DNA from: Paraphysomonas bandaiensis
Taxonomy: Eukaryota; Protista; Chrysophyceae
NCBI GenBank assembly: GCA_965644295.1
Contig: CBFFRP010000126.1
Span: 42,726 to 106,725, forward strand
Reading direction: 5' to 3'
Length of the DNA stretch: 64,000 nucleotides
The position numbers and the translations under genes are program-made. Positions within the stretch are counted from its first letter, which is position 1, and each line of letters starts with the position of its first letter. This document shows positions 12,501 to 25,919 of this stretch, piece by piece. The notes beneath the pieces were generated by a model. The model was not told the DNA's origin, made no database searches, and was given only the letters and a program-made list of their open reading frames with translations.

Positions 12501-13274
12501 ACAAACTCATCAGCGGAACAGACTGTGTAGAGGACCAGAAGAATAGAAACCCTCTACTTGCCAATAAACGTCCTAAGGTAGGTATACAGGCCGTGACTGG
12601 TAGTGCGCTGTACCAGATTCCTATCCCCGATAACCTTGAGAGCAAGACATATGGTTCACTCTTCAAGCATCTATGTAAAGATGGGATATTGCCTTTAGGA
12701 CTCCTAAGAGGAGTTTTCACTAATATGTCGATGGGTGCAAAATCGAACAAGATGAGCTATGTCTTCACTAACCCGTCAAAGGACACGGAGCTCTTTACGT
12801 GCGACAGGGTTTTTGTGCTCTCTCAAAAGGTTTTGACATCATCGAAGAGTACAGCAAGAGTGAGTAATAAGTTAATTTGTTTAGCTGTGATAGACTGATT
12901 TTTTGTGTCACCAGGAAGTACTAGAGAGTTTTATGCAGGCCACTGCTGGACAGACACAGGGCGGACGCAGGCGCACTGTTGATGACAGTTCTGGGGTGGA
13001 TGTGCTAAAGGAGGAGTTCCAAGATATATCTAACGCCCAGCGGACTCTTGAGCGGGCGATGACTTCGCTAACGTTAGATATGAGCAAGAAGTTTGATGAT
13101 ATGTTGGAGTTAGTAAAGTCAATCAAGCGTACAAACGATGGAGTAGATGGGGCTGTCATTAACCGCTCCAATTCCAGACGCCGTATGTCGCAGTTAGGGT
13201 CAGATAGATCAAATAATCAAGGGTCGCCTAATAAAGTGGTTTCGAAGAGTAGAACAGGACCAGTGGACATATAA
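9568..13274 (+). CDS. Slo/BK-family (KCNMA1-like) potassium channel with RCK domains, 5 introns
   Basis: S4 LRILRALRVHR, pore ISTVGYGD, RCK1 HVLICG...YLEGSPL..DLMRA, YQRGCDWEIY, RCK2 GSPLEESDIRRAGI, DADAI, PQFAAG and QAFYNP. Confidence 0.92.
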
Positions 13275-13740
13275 TCATTGTGATTATGTTGTGTGTGACT
13301 TTTTTTCTGTTGAGATGCCATGCTAGCCCAGTACATCAATGTGTGTAGTTTTGTCTTTATAATTGCCAGGTATTGTTATGGAAGTAGAGCTTCACGGCCG
13401 TTTTCATTTAAAATTTGTAGTCATTTGATATTGATAATAACTTGAAATGCCATTGTTTTTTTATCTAAGTTTGTGCTTGAATCTATTCTACGCTTATTTA
13501 TGGAAAAATATTTTTTGCGTATATTATATATTCAAATTATAAGCCGCCCGTAGTGACCACATGAAATGAGTAACCTCAGTTGAGCTGGTCGTTCATTCTC
13601 TGGACTACAACATTGTCAAGATATGACACAAATGGATGATTTACTAAGTTAACTGGACGTGTATTCACTCATGAATCAAGTTAAGATAAGAGAAGAAGAT
13701 TATAATAAATATAATAAGCGATATATCGCGTTATCTCTGC

Positions 13741-14133
13741 TACCGGGATATATTATTCAACCTAGTCAATTTGGTGGAATTTCCTAGTCATTCCATTTTC
13801 GGTGTAAAAACCTAGTCAAAGCCATAAATGACTCAACCTAGCCAAATATAGTATTAAACCTAGTCGTTCTTATATCCATTGATTACACATTGTGACTGTC
13901 TAAGATACGCGCACACACCACACAACATATTGATGGCTCGGAGAGCATCACAATGCTCCCACGTTTGACTAGGTGAATACCCTATTCCACCTAGTCAACC
14001 TAGTCATTGTAAAGTTAAAAATCTAATTATTTAATGACTAGGTTTTTCGACCTTTTGACTAGGTTTTTACTCCAATTTTGGTGTGACTAGGAAATTCCAC
14101 CAAATTGACTAGGTCGAAAAATAGATCCCACTG
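13741..14133. mobile_element. MITE-like element with ~50-bp TIRs and arrays of CCTAGTCA/TGACTAGG subterminal repeats
   Basis: The left end gggatatattattcaacctagtcaatttggtggaatttcctagtca is the inverted match of the right end tgactaggaaattccaccaaattgactaggtcgaaaaatagatccc. A related copy lies at ~34887-35213. Confidence 0.8.
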
Positions 14134-14159
14134 TATTCTTCGACTAACGGTCATAATTC

Positions 14160-15340
14160 CAACACCTTAGAATTACAGCTTTTAATTGCTCAAACAGCAA
14201 AACTCAACACTCCCTCTCAATTCAAAGCTGTACATTGAATTGTCAAACCACGAGACATAACTGACAGATACGCAACCACCAAGACCTCATGAGCTGTACA
14301 TTGAATCTTCACATCGCAAGACATAACTGACGGATACGCAACCACCGAAACTATATAGGACAAACAGGTGGACGTATGGCTCCGACGTTTCAGCTAGCCT
14401 CACCATAGACAACACATCTGTATGATCTTCTGTCTCTGATCATACGTATGATTTCTGATCCTCCTCAGATCAATCACACCACAATATTCAACGCACTAAG
14501 CTACGTGTGCTCTGGCTGTCAGGAAGAATGGAGTGAGTTCGTACAATCGAAGTCCCAGTTCGACCAACACCCCCCGAAGCCACACCAGTTCTTGCATGCC
14601 AGCAGTCATAGCCTGATACTTACACACTGGAACGAAACAACGCAATTAACGAACTTCGCATATAATATGCCTTGGTCTCTCTACAATTAGACATATATAT
14701 TATGTTAGTTATTAGATACAGTCACTGTCATCACACAGATTGACAATCTCCTCATCATAAAGGTTTACCTCACCCAGGGTGGACACACTAGTCAACACCC
14801 GTACGCTTACCACACAAGTCCCTCTAGACTCAGCAGGTACAGTACCACTGATCTCACTAGACACAAAAGGTACAGTCTCACAGACACGATTCGCACTGAT
14901 CTCACTAGACTTAGTATACACAGTATAACTAGGCAAAGTACGAAGGGACATTCTCTTCCCTGGAATCTCATCCGCCGTATAGACTTATTGGGCGCACCAC
15001 CCGAAGCCGGCGTGTAGATGAAGATCCACCCCTTTTTTTATCACAAAAACGAGGTGTTTATAGTACAGCCGTCTCACTAGATACAGCACCCGCACTACTC
15101 TCTGGCAAAGTACGAAGGGACATTCTCTTCCCTGGAATCTCATCCGCCGTATAGACTTATTGGGTGTTCCCCACGAAGCCGGCGTAGATGAAGATCCACC
15201 TCTCTTGTCGTCACAAGAACGAGGTTTTTACTACAGCCGGCGGTTATACACGTCTATATCGACTATACGATGGCCGAACTCTGCAACAGCTCGAACCAGT
15301 GGGTCACTCTTGACAACAACCGCCTCAAGCTAAACTAAAC
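14160..15340 (-). mobile_element. Degenerate copia remnant (RNase H fragment and duplicated spacer)
   Basis: The minus strand reads GMQELVWLRGVLVELG (~14545-14600), which resembles copia RNase H. There is a ~170-bp direct duplication (14931 vs 15103) and a ~65-bp duplication (14228 vs 14293). Confidence 0.6.
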
Positions 15341-15515
15341 ATCGTATAACTATATAAGTGCCAGAAATAATCCATACACTACTGCTATGTCATGAATATG
15401 TATACTGATGAGCCAATTTGATTTACCAAGCCGTGTCATATGATGGTTATATGATTTGAGGGACGAGGGACCACACCCCTCGTTGGTGATAAATAATTAG
15501 CAGAATCTGAATATA

Positions 15516-17427
15516 TTACATATTAGGGCTAATAAAAGAACAAAAACTCAAAATAGCTTGCGCCATATCTCTAGTTTCTTGGCTATATCCACACAATATC
15601 AACTGCTCTATCATGTCCACAAAGTTTTCGTCGTGTGCAGTATTCTTCATTGCAGATGAAATTCGACTAGGCACTGAGTCTCCAATTTTGCTATATACAT
15701 CAAAAACACGAAGAGTAGAACTTAATACAGCATGTAGGAGGTTCATATCAAGAGTTCTAAGTAGGTTACTAATAACTGCAGGGTAGACCTGTGGAGTAAT
15801 GCTATTAATTCACGTCATTTTATTGATTAAGCTGACCTCACACGTAACGTCCAGGGTAGAACCTGGTGAGGACTTCATTAGCAACTTACAAAGACATAAC
15901 CCAGCTGCACTGGTCACTTCGAAATGGTTACATTGCATCGTCCTCACAAGAAGGGTGTGCAATCTTTTATGCACAAGTTCGTCACTATGATAGGGAAGGG
16001 TTTTAGTGCATGTGACACAGCAAATATCTGACTCACCATTCAGATTCATCCAAAGACTTAGACAGCATCGTACTCAAGGCAGTGCAAATATCAACTTTGA
16101 CCTACGCAAGTGAAAAAAGGAGCATAACGTGTGACCACAGATGCACAGCTCATAAAGCTTACCGCAATCTCTAACCATTCCTCACTCGATTTCCCGACGG
16201 TACTATCGCCCAGTTCCATCAATACAGCATCTATGGCACCGTATTTTTTGCGGAGAACGATAGTTCGGTAAAGCGGCTCTTCTGATTTGACTATCGCACA
16301 GAAAACTGAAACTGCTGCCCAACGCACTGCAGTAATAGAGCATAAATCGTGCAACCTAACCATGACGCCCTTCTCCAGTACGAAAGGCAGCAACTGATCT
16401 CTACATTTACATACCGTAGAAAGAGCATAACAGAGGGAGACCAACACGCTTTCATCCTACGTACAGTCAAACCGCCATATATATCAGCCATAATGAATAT
16501 AGAGTAATGAATATGATCTATACCGGTGACTGCAGTAGCTCGGCGACTATTATTATGACTGACTCCAGAACGCTGTCATGCGGCAAGGGAGCATCTCTCA
16601 CAATGTTCGAGCATATTCTAGCAATTTGCTGCATAGATAAAAGAGATGGTTGTATATTGGTCTGTGAACCAATACATAAAGTTGCCAGTAGATGGTCCAC
16701 CAAACCACATGACAAGAGCAGATCTCGAGTGATTTCTGAATGACCTGACAAGTTGCCAATGGCCCACAGACACTGTTCCCTCAAGAGGTTACTAGCATGG
16801 CCAAGAAGAGCTGTAAGACGCTGGAGTGCCCCATGTTTCACTAGGCAATGAATGTGATGTGGTTCTCCACATGCAATATTAGTAACAGCCCATGCAATTT
16901 TGAATTGTACATCTTCAATGCCACAGTCTAAAAGTTCTACTAGCCGTGGCACTACGCCAGACTCAACAACTGTATCAACATGAGGACAATTTACTGCATT
17001 TCAAATATCAGAGTGAAAATGACAACACCCTCGGAACTAACCGATGGAAAGAATACTCTGAAAATAAGACGCAGCTTTTACTATACTGGCAGAGTCGTCG
17101 GTATGTAGAAGCGACACCATCTCACGAATACCCTCCGTACACAACTGTAGACCGCACGACTCATCAATAAAATGATACTAATATTACATAACTAGCCCAA
17201 ACCTTTGATCGAGGTGTCTGGGAAGACGTCTCTTGAGAGCTGTCCTACACACATTTCCATAAGTAACCTACTGGCCCTCTGTAGGGCATAAATATTACCA
17301 GCTTTCGAAGTAAACTCGCTCTCATTCCCCGTCGATTCTTCTGCCATTTAAAATACTTCTCTTCTCGCTCTCTTCTCGATGAGTTGTTATCTAATCCCAC
17401 AGTTTTGGTTGGTTTCCGCTGTAACAT
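15516..17427 (-). CDS. Importin-alpha-like ARM-repeat protein (divergent), ~7 introns
   Basis: IBB-like SSRREREE..KNRR, then VVESGVVPRLVELL, QFKIAWAVTNIACG and LREQCLWAIGNLSG. The frame is restored across GT-AG introns. Confidence 0.85.
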
Positions 17428-17829
17428 AACAAACTACATCATGATGTATACACTAAATCTATCTATAATAGGCCTTACCCCGATAGGAGGAGAGGGGAAA
17501 CTATCCATCTCGTTAGATTGACTGAACTTATACGAACCTATTTACTCTCATGTATGTGTTAGTTAATAACACGCATATGCAGACCTACAGCATGACCTCA
17601 AAGCAAGTACAACTACTCTTAACGGCTACATCCCCCCGTCCGTGCCCCATTACGGTGATCTTTCAAGTCCAACTTAAATAAACTGAAAAAATAGTATCTT
17701 CAAAAGTCATCATGTGTTAGTGGTTCATATGATGATATATATACATTACCATTCTGTTCGTGTATATTATCTGACCGATTGAGGAGGTAAATAAATATAA
17801 GTTTACGATCAATCAAAGAGATCATCAAC

Positions 17830-18341
17830 ATGTCTCGCGTCTCAGATTCATTAATTTGGCAGGTTGTTAAAAATAACAACAGCTTTCTGCACAAACGTGA
17901 GCAGACTGCTCGCTCAGGAGCTGTTCAGTTCTCTGCTGAGTCTGGAAATCTCATGAATGTTAACTCATTCAAGTATTCTGGTTTGGCGAACTCTAAAACT
18001 GTTGATATTTCTTCCGATGAAGCTAATAGAGTTTACCTGAAGACTAAGGTTAGCTATAGTTATATATAAGTTACTATGTAATTGTTACTGGATTTATTAT
18101 AAAGGCTCCTCGCAAGAGCAACGCTCCTCGCAAGAATGTTGCCACTACCCCGCTCAGAAAGGATCGCACCAGATCCGAGAAGGTAGTTAAGTCACGTGGA
18201 TGCAGCAGCTTTTACCGCTCGGATTTATCTGCTGCGGCTAAGATCAAGTACAATAAGACCCTCCGCGACGCAAGGGTGCGTGCAGGTATCGTCAAGGCTG
18301 CTCGTAGCAAGATTGGTCCCCGCAACAACCGCACCGCTTAA
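17830..18341 (+). CDS. RPL28: 60S ribosomal protein L28 (eL28), 2 exons
   Basis: SDSLIWQVVKNNNSFL...GNLMNVNSFKYSGLANSK. Intron ~18049-18104. Exon 2 contains FYRSDL and ends at TAA 18341. Confidence 0.95.
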
Positions 18342-18944
18342 GTAATGGTTGTCTGTTGGAATGATTTCTTAATAATCGATTGGTCGCCTACTTCTTATTG
18401 TGGTACCTCTGCTTTTCTATGTATTTTAACGTCATAGAGTACCAGTTATCGATTGTATCACCACTAGATGCAGCAAATTTGGGCAATGCAACTATAGAAT
18501 TGTGTATATCGAAACTTATACCCTAGAATAAGTGCAGACATTCTACTCATAAATAAGTTAGTGGAGCTACGTGACAGTTAGTATCAGCTGTCACAGATAA
18601 AAGTATCGCATGGACTAGTTATGCTATCAATAATGATGCTTCGTTTAAAATCTGGTGCAACTCTTGGCACTTTCTGTATAGCTTTGCACAAAGCCCGTCA
18701 CACTATCTAATCGAGATTATATGCCCATATCACCACCAACAATGTTGTCTTCCCCGTTTAGTTTAAAATATCATTTTTACCCGAATTGGGTCAACAGAGC
18801 GAACGCTCTTTTAGACATTCAACTTCAATATTCGGTTAGAAGAGAAAATCACTTCTATCTTAATTATAATATGACACAATTATAGAGAAATTAAAATGAT
18901 GAGCCCACTATCCACTATCAAACGAAAATCATCAATCATCAAAC

Positions 18945-19165
18945 AGATGCCCTTTCCCGGAGGTGGGCCCATTCCCGGATGCCTGTTTATTCGTCAAGGC
19001 TCAAAGACATCTACACAAGTGACACTAATTAGTGTCCCTTGTACAACACAAGCATTAGGCTATGAGTGGGCAGAACAATATCTGCTGGCTACATATTACA
19101 AATGAGGCTCACGTTCGTTTCCCGGAGAAATATCTCCGGTACTTAACACTTATCCCCCAGAACCA
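18945..19165. repeat. Dispersed non-coding repeat, copy 2
   Basis: Colinear similarity to 3447-3660 and 29478-29600. Confidence 0.75.
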
Positions 19166-19934
19166 GAACACCTATTTCTTCTTACAGCAAGCAAGCTACA
19201 ATAGCTATACATTCTAGATATTTGGATTTTACATTATGAGGATACGCTATAATTTAACCGTAATACGTACAGTATTAAGAAAAATAACAAGGATTATTAA
19301 ATAGCTATGTCGCCCTTGTTTCTAAATTTTGAGCGCGAGGTGACACTCCAAGACTACTCGACCCTCCAGATTGCGCAAATATATCACTGACAGGTATTTG
19401 CTTAATAAAAAAATCTCTGGAATGCTTTCATCGTTAGTACGAATAGTCATATCACGCTTGATACTAATTGATGCAGCGTGAGCCATATCAACCCCCTCCG
19501 CACTTAGAGATACTCGCAGCTCACCAAATCGTGACTCGGTCTTGTAAACCATCTGGTTTAAAGAGTCATCTTCCAGGCCACTTCCCTAAGAGTTCAACAC
19601 ACTGAACTGTTCCAACTTAAGGTCAATTGATAGATTGATAGTGCGGTAGCATTCATAGCCGTGTAGCTGAGTACAGAAAGAAGAGTTCCCGAAAAGAGAT
19701 CAAGGGCCGGACTATAGCCTCTTTATTGCTCATGGTTAAATATAACTATGCATCATAAAGCTGCTATTGCTGCAATTAATTTTCGTCAGTAACATCAAAT
19801 ATTTACTTCACTTAACAACAATACGAAAACTCGTTGCTATAACGTTACATCATTCTCAATCGGACACAAATAAGACAGCATAGTAATCAGACGTATGATC
19901 ATTAATGACAATCACGTCAATCCGGCATCATACT

Positions 19935-22900
19935 CTAGCCACTAATTACTGTATGACCACCCTGCATTGTAATGGATATCACAGTGGCAGCTTGAGATTG
20001 AAAGATGGGGTTATGACTAATACAGACGACCTGTTGCGTCGCGCCCAAAGATGTCTGTGGAGTTGAATGATAAGTAAACATACTATTGATTGATACCGCG
20101 ATGGCTTTCTGGTTACCCTCATCCAGTGCAGCATCTACCTCATCCTAGTGGTGCATCAGCATTACATTATAATACACATAAGAAACCTGGACAGATATGT
20201 CAGATTACTAACCAACAGATAGATAGGGGATCGCGTAGTAAGTGCACAAGCAAACATAAACGCAAGTCCCAAAAGGACTTGCTGCCCTCCAGAGAGTTCC
20301 TCCGCTGATCGCTCCTCCCCTTCCCCATCTCTAATCTTGAGCACAATTTTCAGACCCTTTTCTATATCCGAAGCATACACTACATTGCTCTCTGTTGTCC
20401 AAGAGGCTGGGACAAGGTCAACATAGCGCCCCGGCACAAGATCACGAAAGTACTGCTGAAAGCTTTGACGCAGATTGGAGAAGTACGTCAGGTGTCGGGA
20501 ATCCAGCTCGCTCTGCGCTTTTACTACGCCTTCCTTGAGAATTTCCAGTCCAGTTATAATCTGGTCCACCTTGTCCCGAAACGTGTCCAGAACCGCACTC
20601 TTGTGCATTATTTCAGCTCGTCGCTCCACCCTGTCCCTTCTATCCTTAGTGTTATTGGAGCATAACGTTTTCAGTTCAGCGCATTTTCCACACAATTGTC
20701 TCTCTCGCACTTGCAAGGCCGATATCTCATCATATAAACTGACAACACAGCCCTCCGGATCCTGAGTCAAACTTTCCTCCCAATTCATATCAAGTATAGA
20801 ACCTAATCTACAAGCGTCTTATATGATACAATACAAATGTATAGAGAGTCTTTACCTTTCTGCGATGTGTTGCCGCTGTAGCTTCATCCATTCCTCTGAC
20901 ATAGAACACGCTTGAATGCCATCTCGTTGCAAAATACCTCCCTCGATATCTTCAGGTTGAATAAGATGAAACATTTCGTCAGACAACTTCATCTCAACCC
21001 TAGAGGCATAGTTCCTATCTTTGTCTAATACCATACTCAATTGTGCTATCTGCTCCAGGATGTCTTCCTGTTCCTGATCATCTCCTTCACATGTAGTACG
21101 AGGGTCTGAATTCTGTGCACAGGCATGTATGAAATAGCTACATTGTTCTTGTTGCGAATTGCGCACCTCTATATGCTGTACAAGTTCCAAACGTTCAAGG
21201 TCCACTGCTTTTGCCTCTTTTTCGAGTTCCAGTACCCGCTCTCTGTCCACCACTACGCTCTCTCGAAGCTCGGTACACATAGATATCGCAATCTCTTTTT
21301 CAGCACCAAGCTTCGCCGCCTTCTCTTGAAGACCGTTCAGATACCCGTCATCCCCAATCATGTTACAACGAAGGTTATACACAAATGCCTCCAACAGCTC
21401 GACCTCTACCCGAATCGCTTCTAGTCCATTGTCCTCTCCTGATCCGTGAAGCACATCATGAATACTCTGAAGCACTTCCTGCAACTTGCCGTCGACATTT
21501 TGCAGTTCTTCGTTCACTGCTCTAATTTCGCGTTCTCTGGCTTCCTCTTCTTGCAGTCTAAGTCGAACCTCATCCTGCTTTGTACTCAGCTGTGAGACGA
21601 GATGTGTGCTCGATTGGTATTCTTTTAGTCGGCACACTGGTGGAAGGGAAGACTTCACCAATTTCCCTCCGACAAGAACGCTGGAGGGTGTGTGTAGATT
21701 ACCCTCCAGAGTAATGCACCCCCCCACACCACCACATTGTAGCACCGCTGTAGCTGTATCATCATCAGGAACAATCATCCACCTTCCACAGGCTTTGTAA
21801 ATGGCCTTCATTGCAAGGCATGCGGCCTCAGAGTCCTCGGGAACTTGGCTCACCACCTCGAGAAGCTGTACGGGGTCTACACACCCATGCCCCCTCTCCA
21901 ACGCTTTCAGATATGCTGATCCTCGTATCGTTTCCACCTCCATACAGTCTAGTGGCCATATCCTCACGCCACCTCGGGAAACCGTATCCATTTCTTTTTC
22001 ACATTCCCGGGCAATGCGCAAACCTGATGACCGATATCGACACACTCTCGCCCCTAGGGCACTACCCATGATAGTTTGCAATGCCCCCCAGTATGCATCA
22101 CCTACTTCGCAATGGTTACGTAGCTTAGTTGTTGTTATAAGGTCACAGAGACACCCCATATCGTCCTCCCCAAATACTCCCGGGTCCTTGTCCATTACAC
22201 CCATATCAACCCTTAGCTTTACCACACGATCCCTTTCTAAGTCGAGCTGCATTTGCATACCATCTAGTTGCAACCGAAGATCTGTAAGACTTTCACCCAT
22301 CCCTCCACTTCGCAGAACCAGTAGCCGTGACTCCAGAGAGTCTCGAGATACCTGTAGTGCATAGGCCTTGTTTCTCAAATCCTTCAACAGAGTCTGCAGG
22401 TCGTCGCGATGTGAAACTGCTACCTGAAGCTCAACCTCGGCTCTTTGGAGAACTTTGGCGTGCTATTCACGTAGCGATCAGTACTGTATACGTATTACCA
22501 CAGTATTTCTGACCTCTTTTTCTCTTCCTCCAGCCTTTTCCCGCTGTAATTGTTTCACTGCACGAGGAATCTCCCGTTCGACTAGTGTCCTCAGTACCAC
22601 TTCATAGTGCTCGATTTGTTTTTCCAATACAAGCGCTTCTCCTTCCATCTTGTCAGCAGCGTTAGTCAACTGACCCATCTGTGATCTGATATTCTTCAAA
22701 TTAGTCTTGAGGAGCTCTGCCCTATTCTCGGCATGCCGCTTATTTGATAAAGCCTATGCACAACACAATTTCAACATATCATACTAATATGTGGAAAATA
22801 CGTTCACCTTTCCTTCTTGCCACTCTTCTAATTGATTTTCCTTGTGCTTTAACTCCCCTTCGGTTGCATTTATTTCACTCCGCATCGTCGACAATTGAGA

Positions 22901-23813
22901 AGCTAGAACTGCAATGCGACACATACCCGCATACCACTCTACAAACCCCTTGATTTTTTGGTACACACGCAGCTGGGCTCGGCAAGTGTCTAACTCCTTC
23001 TCAGCATCCTCAAGGACGGATATTACCTGGTCATAATCACGCTCTCTCAAAACAGCACGCTCCAGGTCTCCAACAGTGCGTAAAATACTATCTAATGCTT
23101 CCTCCGACTGTGTGATCTACACATTTCCCTATTTATATTAGGCACCTGATAAGACCATAATTAACCTCCTTTTCAGCCTCACAACGGGACTGGAGAAGGG
23201 AGTGCGTTCCAGCCACATCACACAACGCCGAGAACAGCTGTTTCGGAGAATAATTGATCTACCAGTATGATAGATGAATGCGATCACATTACTTAAATAC
23301 ATACAATCTTCTGTGCAGCTTTCTGGTTAATGCTATAACACGACTTCTGTTTTGCGAAACCAAGTACTTGACAGAGAGTATGCTCAAACCTACATTCCAC
23401 AATTACGCTCAATAAACAACGCCCATCAAACTACTCACATTCCCTTCGATACTCTAGCCCCATTATTGTAGTAAGTACGCTGCCCATCCACAACCATCGA
23501 TCCAACTGTCACATATTTGAGTCTCGATTTAAAAGTTAAGCTTACAACAATCCGTTTATTAGAACTCTCTGTCCCAGCCAGTTCTTTGACACTTTTGGCC
23601 CGCAGATTTTGAGGTACTTCCCCTAGTCCGAACAATATTGCCTCTAGTACATTAGACTTTCCGCTCCCACTACATACGAATGATTTATTCAAAGTATTAT
23701 TAAGAAGATTGTTACTTGGGTCCTGTCAGGACAGTAAAGCCTCGTTCTAACCTCAAATTAAGAGACTTTATGGACTTAAAGTTTTCTATTTTGGCTTCTT
23801 CCAGTAGCCACAT
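19935..23813 (-). CDS. SMC-family ATPase (SMC2-like, strongly diverged), ~9 introns, ~1,100-1,150 aa
   Basis: N-terminal ENFKS, Walker A TGPNGSGKSN (split by an intron), coiled coils, hinge (RIWPLD; CITLEG...VGG), signature LSGGQ, Walker B/D-loop YLLDEVDAALD and H-loop VVCISH. Confidence 0.9.
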
Positions 23814-24289
23814 ATCTCAGTTATTATATATATGATGCTGCATATACTATACGCTGAGATACTTCCATCACTTGACCACTTGACAGCAGGTGGTCATATA
23901 GAAGTGTGCACAAGTCGAACACATTATAAGGGATTGGTTTATTTTATCTTCATGAGAAGTACGTGAATTATATTCACTTCCTCACTTGACTTCTGGTGCC
24001 TTCCTCTCACGGATATCTTTCTTTCATCTTGCTTGTTTTCGAGGGTTTCCGCGGAAACCACAGTGTTTACTGCTGTATAGGGTGGAATTTCCCCTTTTTT
24101 TACATAAATATTCGACGCACTCAACAAACAGTATCTATCCCCCTTCTCAGGTCAATTCAGAGCCAAAGGTAGTGTATCAAAAGAAAGGAGTCAATGCGTA
24201 GTGATTTGACCGATATGGTCACAGTATCATCTACCCATTACGCTACCAAAGACTACCTACACCATAGCTAATCACAGTTTTCCTCACAC

Positions 24290-25240
24290 TTGTCCTCTAA
24301 TCATCGGTGACTTGTCATCATTACGACGTTCATTCCAATGAAGTGAAAAAAGATTAGCTGTGCTGAACAGGCGTTCATGTATATGAAAGTACGAACTACA
24401 TGATTCGTGAACCTGTACATTCATATCAACTTTTCGTTTTTTATCTTTCTGGGCTGATTGATTTTCTCCACTCATAGTCAATGTAAACTGCGTCATCCTT
24501 TGCGTCGTTAAATTAGTTGCTATCACTATCAGAAGGGAGATTTTTTAACCTTCTTTCTCATGTCTGCCAAATTAACCTTCTCGCCTGAATAGATTTTCTC
24601 TGAAATTCGGATCATTAACTAGGAGGTGAGGGAAAGTTAGCCTCCAAGACCCTCTATAAGTCTTTAAAGACGTTCCGGCATTCATGGACTAGTGAATTAA
24701 AAGTTCACTGAAGAACGATTTGAGCGAAATCCATAAGTTAGGATCGCACTTGCTCGTTCATACGCACTGAATTTACATTCCACTCCATCTTGGTGCGTTT
24801 TACTGGCATGATTCTGCACATGGCACTGAATGTTTCTTCATAGACATAAGACATCTTGCCGTCCTCCATAGGAATCTTTGCTAAGAGAACTCTCGTGATG
24901 GTAGGGAAGTTTCTACTCGTGAAAGTGTCTATAGTGCCAAGAAAGTCAATGGTGTCCATGTTCGACAGTTCCGTCTCGATGTGTGTGTGGGTCAGAGGTG
25001 ACAGTGCGATGTGTGCATCTCCCGGGATACCGAGATGAGCGCCAGGGTAAGACTGTCATGCACTGCTTAACTGCTACAATCATCATTATATAAGCTTTAG
25101 GCCATCTTGTACTCACTTCTCCAAAGGCACCTTCGCCAATCCTGTGCAAGACTTGATATTTCGTTGACCGCTCGACACTGAGGACTTCTTCAACTATTCC
25201 GATGAGGACAGTATCTTTAAAAAGTGGTGACATCAGGAGC
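24290..25240 (-). mobile_element. Degenerate hAT transposase fragments with an adjacent kinase-like exon fragment
   Basis: ERLFSTA and FPTITRVLLA..EETFSAMCRI..RTKM resemble the hAT C-terminal dimerisation region. KYQVLHRIGEGAFGE followed by GTGAGT lies at ~25110-25165. Confidence 0.5.
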
Positions 25241-25919
25241 CTCCTGTTTGAGATTACAGACTATTCAATAACGAGTAGTTGTTTGCTGTTATCATTGCTC
25301 ATTGCTCTACTAGTACTTATATATCTCATGCATATCAATGCCATGATGAAACTGATTACCCATGTGTAATACTGATATTGATTAAGAAAGTTTTGGTGTG
25401 TAGCAGAAGCTGTATTCTATAATATAGTATTACATTGTATTATTATATTATGAGCTTGCTTAATAATAACAGTATTGGTGGGTTGCTGTAGCTGGTTGAC
25501 CAATCAATATTGTTACTATACACTATACAATACATTCTTCCCTAGTCCTGCCGCAGAGTGGCTCCTGAATCCAAAGAAGTCGTATAATGCTAGAATAACA
25601 GATCTGATTTTTAAACCCATCAGCTGCTTTGTTCTGGCGTTTTATAGCAGACCCAACAAAGTCTAATTAAGTGTTGAGCATCATTGTGGGATTGAATTTG
25701 AGCTCACAGTCGTATAGTAATACAGATATCAAACTTCGTTTGCTTGTTGTGAGAATTATCAATGTTACAGCTCAGTTTGAAGACTATTTCGAGGTATTGT
25801 CGCTTTAAACTTTGAAGAATATATTCTTCGAAACAAATAAAACTCAAATCAAAAATAGTTTTATTTATTCGGTAATATACGATTTGCTACACGTAACAGC
25901 AGAATCCCATTTGTGTGTA

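Noticed and set aside
13755-14115. CRISPR-like array of CCTAGTCA repeats
   Set aside because: The repeats are short, irregularly spaced and switch orientation midway. They are MITE subterminal repeats in a eukaryote with no cas genes here.
15406-15440. CTGATGAG hammerhead-ribozyme core
   Set aside because: There is no following stem II and GAAA.
19322-19740. 76-aa minus-strand ORF, possible small gene
   Set aside because: No recognisable motif, and I could not build a convincing spliced model.
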